Assembly: GCA_046754105.1 (NCBI GenBank) | Contig: JBHHVD010000047.1 | Coordinates: 1 to 24,413, forward strand | Length of the DNA: 24,413 nucleotides | Direction of reading: 5' to 3' | From: Candidatus Krumholzibacteriia bacterium | GTDB lineage: Bacteria; Krumholzibacteriota; Krumholzibacteriia; WVZY01 | Part shown: positions 1 through 7,257 of the stretch, in pieces | Position numbering within the stretch: position 1 is the stretch's first letter | How the letters are laid out: each line of letters begins with the position of its first letter | The notes under the pieces: generated by a model | What the model was told of the DNA's origin: nothing | The model's database searches: none | What the model saw: the letters and a program-made list of their open reading frames with translations, nothing else | Made by a program: the position numbers and the translations under genes

Positions 1-1
1 A

Positions 2-67
2 AGGACGGGGGTTGACGGCGAGTTCCGCACCGCGCCGACCGCCCTCAAACCGTGGGTGATGGGATAG
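2..67 (+). CDS. Possible 3' end of an upstream CDS (...RTGVDGEFRTAPTALKPWVMG*), product unknown
   Basis: Frame is open from the window edge to TAG at 65-67 and is followed by a GC-rich hairpin. Too short to identify. Confidence 0.3.
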   Translation, partial: RTGVDGEFRTAPTALKPWVMG

Positions 68-75
68 CACCCCTC

Positions 76-129
76 GTCGGCGCGCGAGGACTGTTTGAGC
101 CGGAGCGCCCCCGTCCTTACGCGCCCGAC
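76..129. terminator. GC-rich stem-loop after the stop at 67 (terminator or stabiliser candidate, no U-tract)
   Basis: GTCGG-c-GCGCG-AGGAC (76-91) pairs with GTCCT-ta-CGCGC-CCGAC (113-129), about 15 bp with two bulges. Confidence 0.35.
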
Positions 130-222
130 CCAACCACACCGGCGATTCTTTTGACGCATTGAGGTTAGTCAATCCAGCCGGTATCGTCAAATGAAGTCTA
201 CGACCTCCCGTTCGTATATTTT

Positions 223-265
223 TTAATGTACGATTAATCTGGCTTTAATCCCGACGTGCTACAGT
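223..265 (+). promoter_or_regulatory. Three TTAAT direct repeats with 11-bp period, followed by an extended -10 (TGcTACAGT)
   Basis: TTAAT at 223, 234 and 245; TGCTACAGT at 257-265; no consensus -35. Confidence 0.5.
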
Positions 266-340
266 TCGCCGTTGGTCACCAACGGCCGGGCGTTGTCTAT
301 TTAGAACCCGGGCCTGCGGGTTCGAAGTGAGGTGACAGAG

Positions 341-889
341 ATGAGTTCCAGAACTCTAGTCTCTATGTTCGTCTTTTTCTTCCTCGGTGTGTTTGTGACG
401 GCGGCCGGAGCCAAAGGACCCCCTGTGGGGAACTGCCCCGACATCTACTACGAGTCCGACAAAACCCTCAGCAACAATGCGGTAGTCGTGTGGACCTCCA
501 GCTTCGGAGGCTTCGAGTATTCGGCGGGCGGCAGCTACACAGTGACCGTGAGCTGGACCGTGACCGGCGCGAGTTCGGTATCCTACGAGGGCTTCGATGA
601 GAAAAGGAAAGCCTGGACTCCAAGAGGATCTGCTGGAGGCTGGTCGGTTGATGACAGCAACGCATCGAACGGCAGCATCGATCTGACGGTTACCATGTCC
701 GATATGCACCGCTCGGTGAAGCCGAACTGGGCGGGTTACATCGCCAACGGCCATTTCAAGCTACAACTGGACGTCGACGGCATCCGTGCCAAGCTCGGGG
801 TGAACATCCATCTGGAGGATCCGGACACCGCAACCACATCGCGTTGCAAGAACGCTGCGGCACATAAGTCTTTCGAAATGCAATTCTGA
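341..889 (+). CDS. Secreted hypothetical protein (about 182 aa, beta-rich, two Cys)
   Basis: SD GAGGTG at 329-334 favours ATG 341 over GTG 332. Hydrophobic signal peptide ending ...VTAAGA. Family not recognised. Confidence 0.7.
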   Translation: MSSRTLVSMFVFFFLGVFVTAAGAKGPPVGNCPDIYYESDKTLSNNAVVVWTSSFGGFEYSAGGSYTVTVSWTVTGASSVSYEGFDEKRKAWTPRGSAGGWSVDDSNASNGSIDLTVTMSDMHRSVKPNWAGYIANGHFKLQLDVDGIRAKLGVNIHLEDPDTATTSRCKNAAAHKSFEMQF

Positions 890-932
890 ACCCGGCAAAC
901 CTAGCCAGGCCGTTTGGTGACCAATTCTGGGC

Positions 933-976
933 ACTCCACGGGGATATCGACGGCTGGATCGATCGCACCGTGGAGT
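933..976. terminator. Stem-loop between convergent genes
   Basis: ACTCCACGG (933-941) pairs perfectly with CCGTGGAGT (968-976), with an inner ATCGA/TCGAT stem. Confidence 0.45.
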
Positions 977-1001
977 CCATCCTCTCTCTTGTCGTCCCCC
1001 C

Positions 1002-3626
1002 CTACCGCGCCCCTCGTTCCCGGCCCGCCGCCAGGCGGCTCAGGTAATCCGCCACCGCCGCAGCTTCTCGCTCGCGCAGGTTGATACAATCGCCCACCTG
1101 GTCCGCTACCTTCGCCAGGTTCTTCGCCGTCCCGTCTACCGAGTGCCCGGGGTGGTCGAAGAACTCCCGGGCCGCCTGCAGACGTTCCTCCGAACAACCG
1201 CTGACGAAGAACGGCATGAACGCGGCGAAGTCCGGCGGAATCTTGGCGGTGATCGCGTCGTAATTCTCAGTCAACCACCGGTAGACTTTGTCGCGCCCGG
1301 CCGCGGTGCTCGCCACGCCGCCTGGAATGGCAAACAGTTCCGTCGGCCGCAGGGATCCGGAGAGGATGTAATCGAGCGCCCTGTCCTGCAGCCCGGTGTC
1401 CTCAAAGGCTCCGAGGGCGGAGAGGTACCGCTGCCGCTCCGCCGGCACCCGCGCCTTCTCGAAACGATCCTTGTACGCTTCGAAATCCTCGGCCGTCCCT
1501 TCGATGGCCGCGACCCGCAAGGCCACGCCAGCCAGCGTCGGGTCGACCGACGCCGGGTCGTCCATGTACGCCCTCGCCAGCTTGCGGCAGTGCTTCCGCA
1601 CGTCCGCCTGGCGCCCATGTGCGCCCAGCCTCTCGATCATGCGTGGGCGCAGGAGGGAGACCGCCTTTGCCTCCCCTTCCGCCGCCTCGAGACCAAAGCG
1701 CTCGAGCGCCGGACGGAGCGTCTCACGCACGTAATAGGCGAACTCGTCGTTCAGATCATCCGTGACCAGGGCGGTCTCTACCGCGTCCAGGTCGGCCAGC
1801 ATCGCGTCGACGATCTCCGGCCGCGCCGACTTGGCGAACGCGCTGAGCAGCCCGAGATAACTCCCCCCACCGACTTCCCCCGCGCTCAACAGCGCCCGCG
1901 TGTTGCCGAGAAAAGCCGCGCGTTCGCGTTCGTCCAGCGTCTCGCCCGGGTTGGCAGCCATGTGCGTCATCATCTTCTCGGGCGCGATCCACCGGTAGTA
2001 GCCGAAGGCGCCGCCGTCCGGCATCGCCCAGGCTACGTTGACGTCCAGATGTATCTCGGCCGTTCGTTCTTCGAGCAAGAAGGTCCGGGTGTGGGTTGTG
2101 GTCCCGTCCGAATACTTCAGCCGTATCGGCACCTTCCATTTCAAATCCGGCGCCTCCACGTCGGCGTTGACGAACCGTTCCTGCCTGAGCTTCAACGCCC
2201 CGTCGGGCTGCAGCGCGAGGGACACCATCGGGTACCCGGGCTGGTCCAGAAAGCTCGAGAAGATCCCCTCCAGGTCTCTTCCCGCCGACCCCGATAGCGC
2301 GTCAAACAGGTCACCGGCGACGGTATTCCCCCACTCGTTAGCGTTGACATAGTCGACGACTCCCTTGCGGAACGCCTCCTCGCCGATCCACTGCTCGACC
2401 ATGCGCAGCACCTGTTTGCCTTTTCCATAGGCGAGTCCCAGGTCTTCCCAGATTTCCGCAGGCGTGTTGATCGGCTTGCGGATCGGCGCACTGGACGGTC
2501 GAGCGTCCCCGCGCATGAGGCCTTGCACCTGGCGCATCCGCCACAGCTCCACCTTGTATTCGGGAAACAGCCGGGCGGTGATCTTCTCGCCCAGCCAATC
2601 GGCAAAAGATTCGTTGAGCCACAGGTCGTCCCACCACGCCATGGTCACGAGATCGCCGAACCACATGTGCGCCAGCTCGTGCGCCGTCACGAGGGCCAGC
2701 GTGCGCCGCTGGGTGATGCTCGCCGCCTTGGGATCCACGAGAAGAATCCGGTCTGCAAAGGTCACCGCGCCGGGGTTCTCCATGGCGCCGGGCCAGTACT
2801 CCGGGATGGCAATAAGATCGAGCTTCGCGTACGGGTACCGCCTTCCGAAGTACTCTTCGAGGGCCTCCAGAATCGGCGGAGTCAACTCGGCGGCCAGCGC
2901 CGCGAGGTGCCTCTGCCCCTTGACCGTGTACACCCGCCCCGGCACCGACAGCCCGGGTATCTCGGCGCTCTCGAGCGGCCCGGCGGCGATGGCCAGCAGG
3001 TAGGTCGGCATCGGCTTGGTCTTGCGGAACGCCACCGTCTTGACGCCGCCAGCCTCCGATACCGACGCCACCGGCGTGTTCGTCACCACGTTCTGGCCTT
3101 CGGGTATGCGCACCGTCATTTGAAAGGGAATCTTGAAGATCGGCTCGTCCCAGCACGGAAACGCCTTGCGCGCGTCGACCGCCTCGAACTGCGTGAACAG
3201 ATACCCCAGGCCGTCCTTTTCCATCCGGTAGAGCCCAACCGCCCGGGTGTTGTACTCTTTTGAGAAATCGATCTCGAGCGTGTACGAGCCCCGACCGAGT
3301 TTCCGCTCGGCGGTCGCCTCGAACATGCCGTGGTCGCCCGGCTCGAGCTTCAGGCCTACCTCTCCTTTTTTCCCACGCAGCTCCACTCGATCGAGTTTCA
3401 TCTCTTCGGCATGAAACCGGAAGCTCCGCGTGGGCCGGTCGACTTCCAGCTCAATCCGGACGGTGCCACGGTAGTCGACCCGGTCCGCGTCGAGCTCGAG
3501 CTCAATCGTTTGGGACGTCGGTGCGACGTTCGCATCGAGACGCGTGGTTTTCGCCGTCGCCGCCATCACCGGCACCGCGTACATGACCAGCGCCAGAATT
3601 ACCAACCGGCTTGCCGTGTGCCTCAT
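1002..3626 (-). CDS. pepN: M1 family zinc aminopeptidase (aminopeptidase N-like, ERAP1-like C-terminal domain) with signal peptide
   Basis: GAMEN exopeptidase motif, HELAH-x18-E zinc motif, TQFE..DAR.AFPCWDEP. Start corrected to ATG 3626 (SD AAGGAG 3635-3640). N-terminus MRHTASRLVILALVMYAVPVMA is a Sec signal. Confidence 0.92.
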   Translation of the reverse strand: MRHTASRLVILALVMYAVPVMAATAKTTRLDANVAPTSQTIELELDADRVDYRGTVRIELEVDRPTRSFRFHAEEMKLDRVELRGKKGEVGLKLEPGDHGMFEATAERKLGRGSYTLEIDFSKEYNTRAVGLYRMEKDGLGYLFTQFEAVDARKAFPCWDEPIFKIPFQMTVRIPEGQNVVTNTPVASVSEAGGVKTVAFRKTKPMPTYLLAIAAGPLESAEIPGLSVPGRVYTVKGQRHLAALAAELTPPILEALEEYFGRRYPYAKLDLIAIPEYWPGAMENPGAVTFADRILLVDPKAASITQRRTLALVTAHELAHMWFGDLVTMAWWDDLWLNESFADWLGEKITARLFPEYKVELWRMRQVQGLMRGDARPSSAPIRKPINTPAEIWEDLGLAYGKGKQVLRMVEQWIGEEAFRKGVVDYVNANEWGNTVAGDLFDALSGSAGRDLEGIFSSFLDQPGYPMVSLALQPDGALKLRQERFVNADVEAPDLKWKVPIRLKYSDGTTTHTRTFLLEERTAEIHLDVNVAWAMPDGGAFGYYRWIAPEKMMTHMAANPGETLDERERAAFLGNTRALLSAGEVGGGSYLGLLSAFAKSARPEIVDAMLADLDAVETALVTDDLNDEFAYYVRETLRPALERFGLEAAEGEAKAVSLLRPRMIERLGAHGRQADVRKHCRKLARAYMDDPASVDPTLAGVALRVAAIEGTAEDFEAYKDRFEKARVPAERQRYLSALGAFEDTGLQDRALDYILSGSLRPTELFAIPGGVASTAAGRDKVYRWLTENYDAITAKIPPDFAAFMPFFVSGCSEERLQAAREFFDHPGHSVDGTAKNLAKVADQVGDCINLREREAAAVADYLSRLAAGRERGAR

Positions 3627-3776
3627 TGCAGCTACTCCTTTGTGTGAATTGTAATCGAGTGGGGTACCGCCCGGGCGTCCTGCGGGCGCAGCCGCTCCAT
3701 CGGCCGTGTGACGAGAACTACGGGGGCGCGGTGGAAAAGGTTCCCACCGGGCCGCGCCCTCGGAGGCGACCGGTAG

Positions 3777-3785
3777 AGTATAGCA
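3777..3785 (-). promoter_or_regulatory. Extended -10 promoter element for pepN
   Basis: Minus strand reads TGCTATACT (TGn-TATACT) about 150 nt upstream of the start. Confidence 0.45.
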
Positions 3786-3821
3786 CGTGGCCTCGCGGCG
3801 GACCACCGGCGGCCGCCGCGC

Positions 3822-3849
3822 TTGACTTTCCGGCCGCTTTTCCTAGGTT
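3822..3849 (+). promoter_or_regulatory. Putative sigma-70 promoter for msrA
   Basis: TTGACT (3822-3827), 16-nt spacer, TAGGTT (3844-3849). Confidence 0.3.
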
Positions 3850-3925
3850 AGTAACATCGGCCGCTCCGCCAGCGGCGCGGATCCCCCGGCGCCGGCGATG
3901 CTGTGACGCTAGAAAGGAGCCATGT

Positions 3926-4555
3926 ATGTCATTGTTGTTACGCGTCTTACAGAACTCTCTCATCGTGGGCGGGATCGTGACCTTCGGCGCGGCTCCGCGC
4001 CTGTCCGCCGCCGGCGAGGGGCCTGCAGAGCGCGCCGTCGCTACCTTTGCGGGCGGGTGCTTCTGGTGTATGCAACCGCCGTACGACAAGCTCGAAGGCG
4101 TCATATCCACGACGGTCGGCTACACCGGCGGTCACAAAAAGGACCCCACCTACCGGCAGGTCAGCTCGGGCGGCACCGGGCACGCAGAGGCCATACAAAT
4201 CGTCTTCGACCCCGAAGAGATCACCTACGAAGAACTGCTGACCGTCTTCTGGCGCAACATCGATCCGACCACTCCCAACCGGCAGTTCTGCGACTGGGGC
4301 GGGCAGTACCGGCCGGAAGTCTTCTACCACGACGACACCCAGAAACGACTGGCCGAGCAATCGAAAGCAGCAATCGAGCGTACGAAGAGCTTCAAGGAAC
4401 CCATTCGCACGAAGATAACACCAGCAACAGAGTTCTACCCCGCGGAAGATTATCACCAGGGGTATTATCGGAAGTACCCGCGGCAGTACAAGTCGTACCG
4501 CAAGGGCTGCGGCCGCGACCGGCGCCTCGAGGAGCTGTGGGGCAAGAAGAAATAG
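3926..4555 (+). CDS. msrA: Peptide-methionine (S)-S-oxide reductase MsrA with N-terminal export signal
   Basis: FAGGCFWC catalytic motif, GYTGG, GHAEA, FYPAEDYHQ.YY and a C-terminal resolving Cys (GCGRD). SD AAGGAG 3914-3919 sets the start at ATG 3926. Confidence 0.95.
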   Translation: MSLLLRVLQNSLIVGGIVTFGAAPRLSAAGEGPAERAVATFAGGCFWCMQPPYDKLEGVISTTVGYTGGHKKDPTYRQVSSGGTGHAEAIQIVFDPEEITYEELLTVFWRNIDPTTPNRQFCDWGGQYRPEVFYHDDTQKRLAEQSKAAIERTKSFKEPIRTKITPATEFYPAEDYHQGYYRKYPRQYKSYRKGCGRDRRLEELWGKKK

Positions 4556-4573
4556 CGCGCCGCCACCCCGGCC

Positions 4574-5788
4574 TCAGGCACCTCGCGTTCCGAGCAGTCC
4601 CACTTGTTCGAGCGATTTACGCATGCGACCGAAGCCCACCGACATGTCGTTGTCGATGCCGACGGATATGCGGATGAGTCCTCTACCGAGCCCCATTCGC
4701 TTCTGCTCCTCGTCGGGGATCTCGGACGACGTGCTACTACCCGGCGAGCTGAACAGGGTCTTGAAGTAGCCCAAGCTGACCGCCAGGTAACCCACCTTGT
4801 TTTCCTGCATCTTCGACATCAGCGCGTTTGCGAGCGCTTCGTCGCCCGCGTCCAGGGCCAGCATCCCCCCGAAACCGAAACCCGGGTTCATGATGCGCTT
4901 CATACGCTCGTGTTGGGGGTGCGCCGGCAGGCCCGGATAGTATACCTTCAGCCCTAGCGAGTCCAGTTTCTCGGCGAGAAAGAGCGCGTTCGCGCTGTGT
5001 TTCTGAACCCGGATGTGCAGGCTGTGCACGTTCTTCAGAATGCTCGCCGCCCGAAAACTGTCCAGAACCGGCCCCAGCAACATCGATGCGCCCGAGTTGA
5101 TATCCGTGAGCTCGTGTATGAAGTCGTCCCGCGAACACACGCAGCCCGCCACCGTGTCGCTCGTACCGTTGATGAACTTGGTCAGGCTGTGCACGACGAC
5201 GTCGGCTCCCAGCGTCAGCGGGGAGACGATCATTGGACAAAACGTGTTGTCCACGACCAGGCTCGCGCTGTGTTTCTTGGTGATCCGGCCCAGCTCCGGC
5301 ACGTCCGCGATTTCCAGCAGCGGGTTGCTGAGTGTCTCGCAATACACCACGCGTGTTCGCTTCGAAATACACCGCGCCAACTGCGATGGTTCATGGATGT
5401 TCACGAAACGCACGTCGATCCCGAATCGGGGCAGGAAATGCTTGAAGAGCGCGTAGGTCCCCCCGTAGACGGTTCGATCCGATATGATCTCATCACCGCT
5501 CCGGCACAGCTGTAGCAGCGTGCAGCTGATCGCAGCCATGCCGGAAGACATAACGACGGCCGACTCTGCCCCCTCGAGTCCCGCCAGGGCGGCGGCGAGG
5601 TATTTGTTGCTCGGGTTCCAATGGCGTGAGTAGAGAAAACACCCTTCAATCTCGTGGTCAAAGAGTTCCTTCATTCTCGCCGGGCTCATGAACGTGTAGG
5701 TCGACGAATCGGTGATCGACGGATTCACACCTCCGTACTCGCCAAACACGAGATAGTCTTGAATGCTGCCGCATGGGTCGAAAACCAT
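4574..5788 (-). CDS. Cys/Met metabolism PLP-dependent enzyme, probable methionine gamma-lyase (plant AtMGL-like subfamily)
   Basis: YSR..NP, SSGMAAI, YGGT, E..SNP, VDNTF, HSLTKF (PLP lysine), AVSLGY, IRISVG. Start ATG 5788 with SD AAAGGA. The ORF-track extension to 5950 is non-coding. Confidence 0.88.
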   Translation of the reverse strand: MVFDPCGSIQDYLVFGEYGGVNPSITDSSTYTFMSPARMKELFDHEIEGCFLYSRHWNPSNKYLAAALAGLEGAESAVVMSSGMAAISCTLLQLCRSGDEIISDRTVYGGTYALFKHFLPRFGIDVRFVNIHEPSQLARCISKRTRVVYCETLSNPLLEIADVPELGRITKKHSASLVVDNTFCPMIVSPLTLGADVVVHSLTKFINGTSDTVAGCVCSRDDFIHELTDINSGASMLLGPVLDSFRAASILKNVHSLHIRVQKHSANALFLAEKLDSLGLKVYYPGLPAHPQHERMKRIMNPGFGFGGMLALDAGDEALANALMSKMQENKVGYLAVSLGYFKTLFSSPGSSTSSEIPDEEQKRMGLGRGLIRISVGIDNDMSVGFGRMRKSLEQVGLLGTRGA

Positions 5789-5932
5789 GGCCTGATTCCT
5801 TTCTGCAACGTTCGATCCCCCGGGCGGCATCCGGTGCCGTCGGGGTCGCTCCCCCGACCCATCCATACCACATGCGGGCCCCGCGCGGCCCGTTGACTTT
5901 TGTCGACATTTATGGGCCAACGTGCCCGATTC

Positions 5933-5948
5933 TGGCCTGTATGTTGCC
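5933..5948 (+). promoter_or_regulatory. Sigma-54 (-24/-12) promoter of the lipoprotein gene at 6089
   Basis: TGGCCTGTATGTTGCC: GG 5934-5935, exactly 10 nt, GC 5946-5947, with the TTGC core. Confidence 0.65.
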
Positions 5949-6088
5949 ACTCCCGGGGGAACTGAAGCCGGCGTACGGGGGCCGTGGCGTGGCCGCTACC
6001 CCCCGCCAACCAACGGCCTGATGGCTAAGTGACGTCTGAATCGTTGGTTGCGCAGGTCCCTTCATGCCACACCCCAACGGAGGACAGT

Positions 6089-6508
6089 ATGAAACTGCCC
6101 AAGATTGCCCAACGACTGTCGCTTTTTGCCTTTCTCGCCTGCGCGCTGGTGGTCACCGGTTGCGGCAGCGACGGCACGCCCGTGGCTCCGGGAATACAGC
6201 CGGAGATCATCAATTCCACCGACAACTTTCAGTTCCAGGTGACCTCGGTTTCGAACTTCAGCGGGACCCTCGAGTATCCATGGTCGATCACCGGCACCGT
6301 GGCGGACATCAACCAGTCCTCGACGGTAACCGCCGGCAATATCGTCCTTGCACTGCTCGATGACACCGGAGCGACGGTCTATTCGAACGACCTCGCCCAG
6401 AACGGCACATTCGTCACCACCGCGGGCGCGACGGGCACCTGGAGGATCCGTGTCGTGTTTGCAAATGGGAGTGGGACGCTGAATTTCCGGGCGGACAAAC
6501 GCTTGTAG
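6089..6508 (+). CDS. Small uncharacterised lipoprotein (beta-sandwich-like, 139 aa)
   Basis: SD GGAGG 6079-6083. Signal peptide with lipobox VTGC, followed by a Thr/Gly/Asn-rich beta-strand body. Confidence 0.8.
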   Translation: MKLPKIAQRLSLFAFLACALVVTGCGSDGTPVAPGIQPEIINSTDNFQFQVTSVSNFSGTLEYPWSITGTVADINQSSTVTAGNIVLALLDDTGATVYSNDLAQNGTFVTTAGATGTWRIRVVFANGSGTLNFRADKRL

Positions 6509-6561
6509 AAGTCGTGCGCCGCCCACCGCGCCCCTCGGCCGGCGTCGGTAGTGGCTCCTCG

Positions 6562-6577
6562 TGGTTCGGGAATTGCT
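6562..6577 (+). promoter_or_regulatory. Sigma-54 (-24/-12) promoter of the outer-membrane beta-barrel gene
   Basis: TGGTTCGGGAATTGCT: GG 6563-6564, 10 nt, GC 6575-6576. Confidence 0.55.
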
Positions 6578-6678
6578 TCGAAGATTTCCGCCCCAAGGGG
6601 AGCACCGCGTTTCATGGGGGCACGCCGGCGTCTCGTTGGCTGCGGGCGTTGGCACATACTCGTAGAGGAGGGATTCGT

Positions 6679-7251
6679 ATGAAGCGATTCACGGCGCTAT
6701 TCATTTTCGTCTTCATATGCATGTCCGCGTATTCACAGGCGCTCGCACAGGCCGAACTGGGCCTGAAGGGCGCCGGCGTCGAGCTTGGTATCGTCGGACC
6801 CGAGGACGTGGATGCCACGTTCAGCTTCGGGGCCTTCGCAGATCTGGGCATGATCACGCCCGACATCATGCTTGGAACCTATCTCGACTACTGGTCACAG
6901 TCGGAAAATCTTTTTACCGGCGGTGAGTCCACCGTTCGTGACTTTGCTTTTGGAGCAAGGGGTAAATGGATCTTTCCGGTTTCCAACCCGAAGGTCAGAC
7001 CGTTTGCCGGCGCGGGCCTCGGTGTCCATTTCTTGAACTTCACCGCGGACGTCCCGGCGCAGCAGGTCGGTCCCATTATCACGCCGGCCTTTACAATGGA
7101 GGATTCCTCCACCAAGATCGGTCTGGACATCGGCGGCGGCGTTGCGACGACGGTCAGTGATCGCGCCGACTTGATCGGCGAATTATGGTACGGTTTCGTA
7201 AGCGATGCCAACCAGCTCGCTCTGAAGGTAGGCTTCCTCTACAAGCTGTAG
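6679..7251 (+). CDS. Small outer-membrane beta-barrel protein (OmpA/OmpW-like 8-stranded type)
   Basis: SD GAGGAGG, signal peptide ending ..QALA, alternating amphipathic strands, 'VRPFAGAGLG' strand and a C-terminal BAM-like strand ...KVGFLYKL. Confidence 0.82.
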   Translation: MKRFTALFIFVFICMSAYSQALAQAELGLKGAGVELGIVGPEDVDATFSFGAFADLGMITPDIMLGTYLDYWSQSENLFTGGESTVRDFAFGARGKWIFPVSNPKVRPFAGAGLGVHFLNFTADVPAQQVGPIITPAFTMEDSSTKIGLDIGGGVATTVSDRADLIGELWYGFVSDANQLALKVGFLYKL

Positions 7252-7257
7252 CGGACG

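Noticed and set aside
3611..3925. Long N-terminal extensions in the ORF track for msrA, pepN, MGL, lysA, NHL and iorB
   Set aside because: Family-like sequence begins only at downstream starts, most of which have a clear SD or a stop/start overlap. The extensions cross promoters or neighbouring genes.
5789..5930. SAM riboswitch or T-box upstream of the methionine gamma-lyase
   Set aside because: No SAM-I core or T-box sequence is recognisable on the minus strand.
5940..5950. Sigma-70 -10 look-alikes TATGTT (5940) and TACAGT (21051), both followed by GCCAC
   Set aside because: Neither has a -35 at 16-18 nt. The overlapping or adjacent exact sigma-54 motifs explain these regions better.
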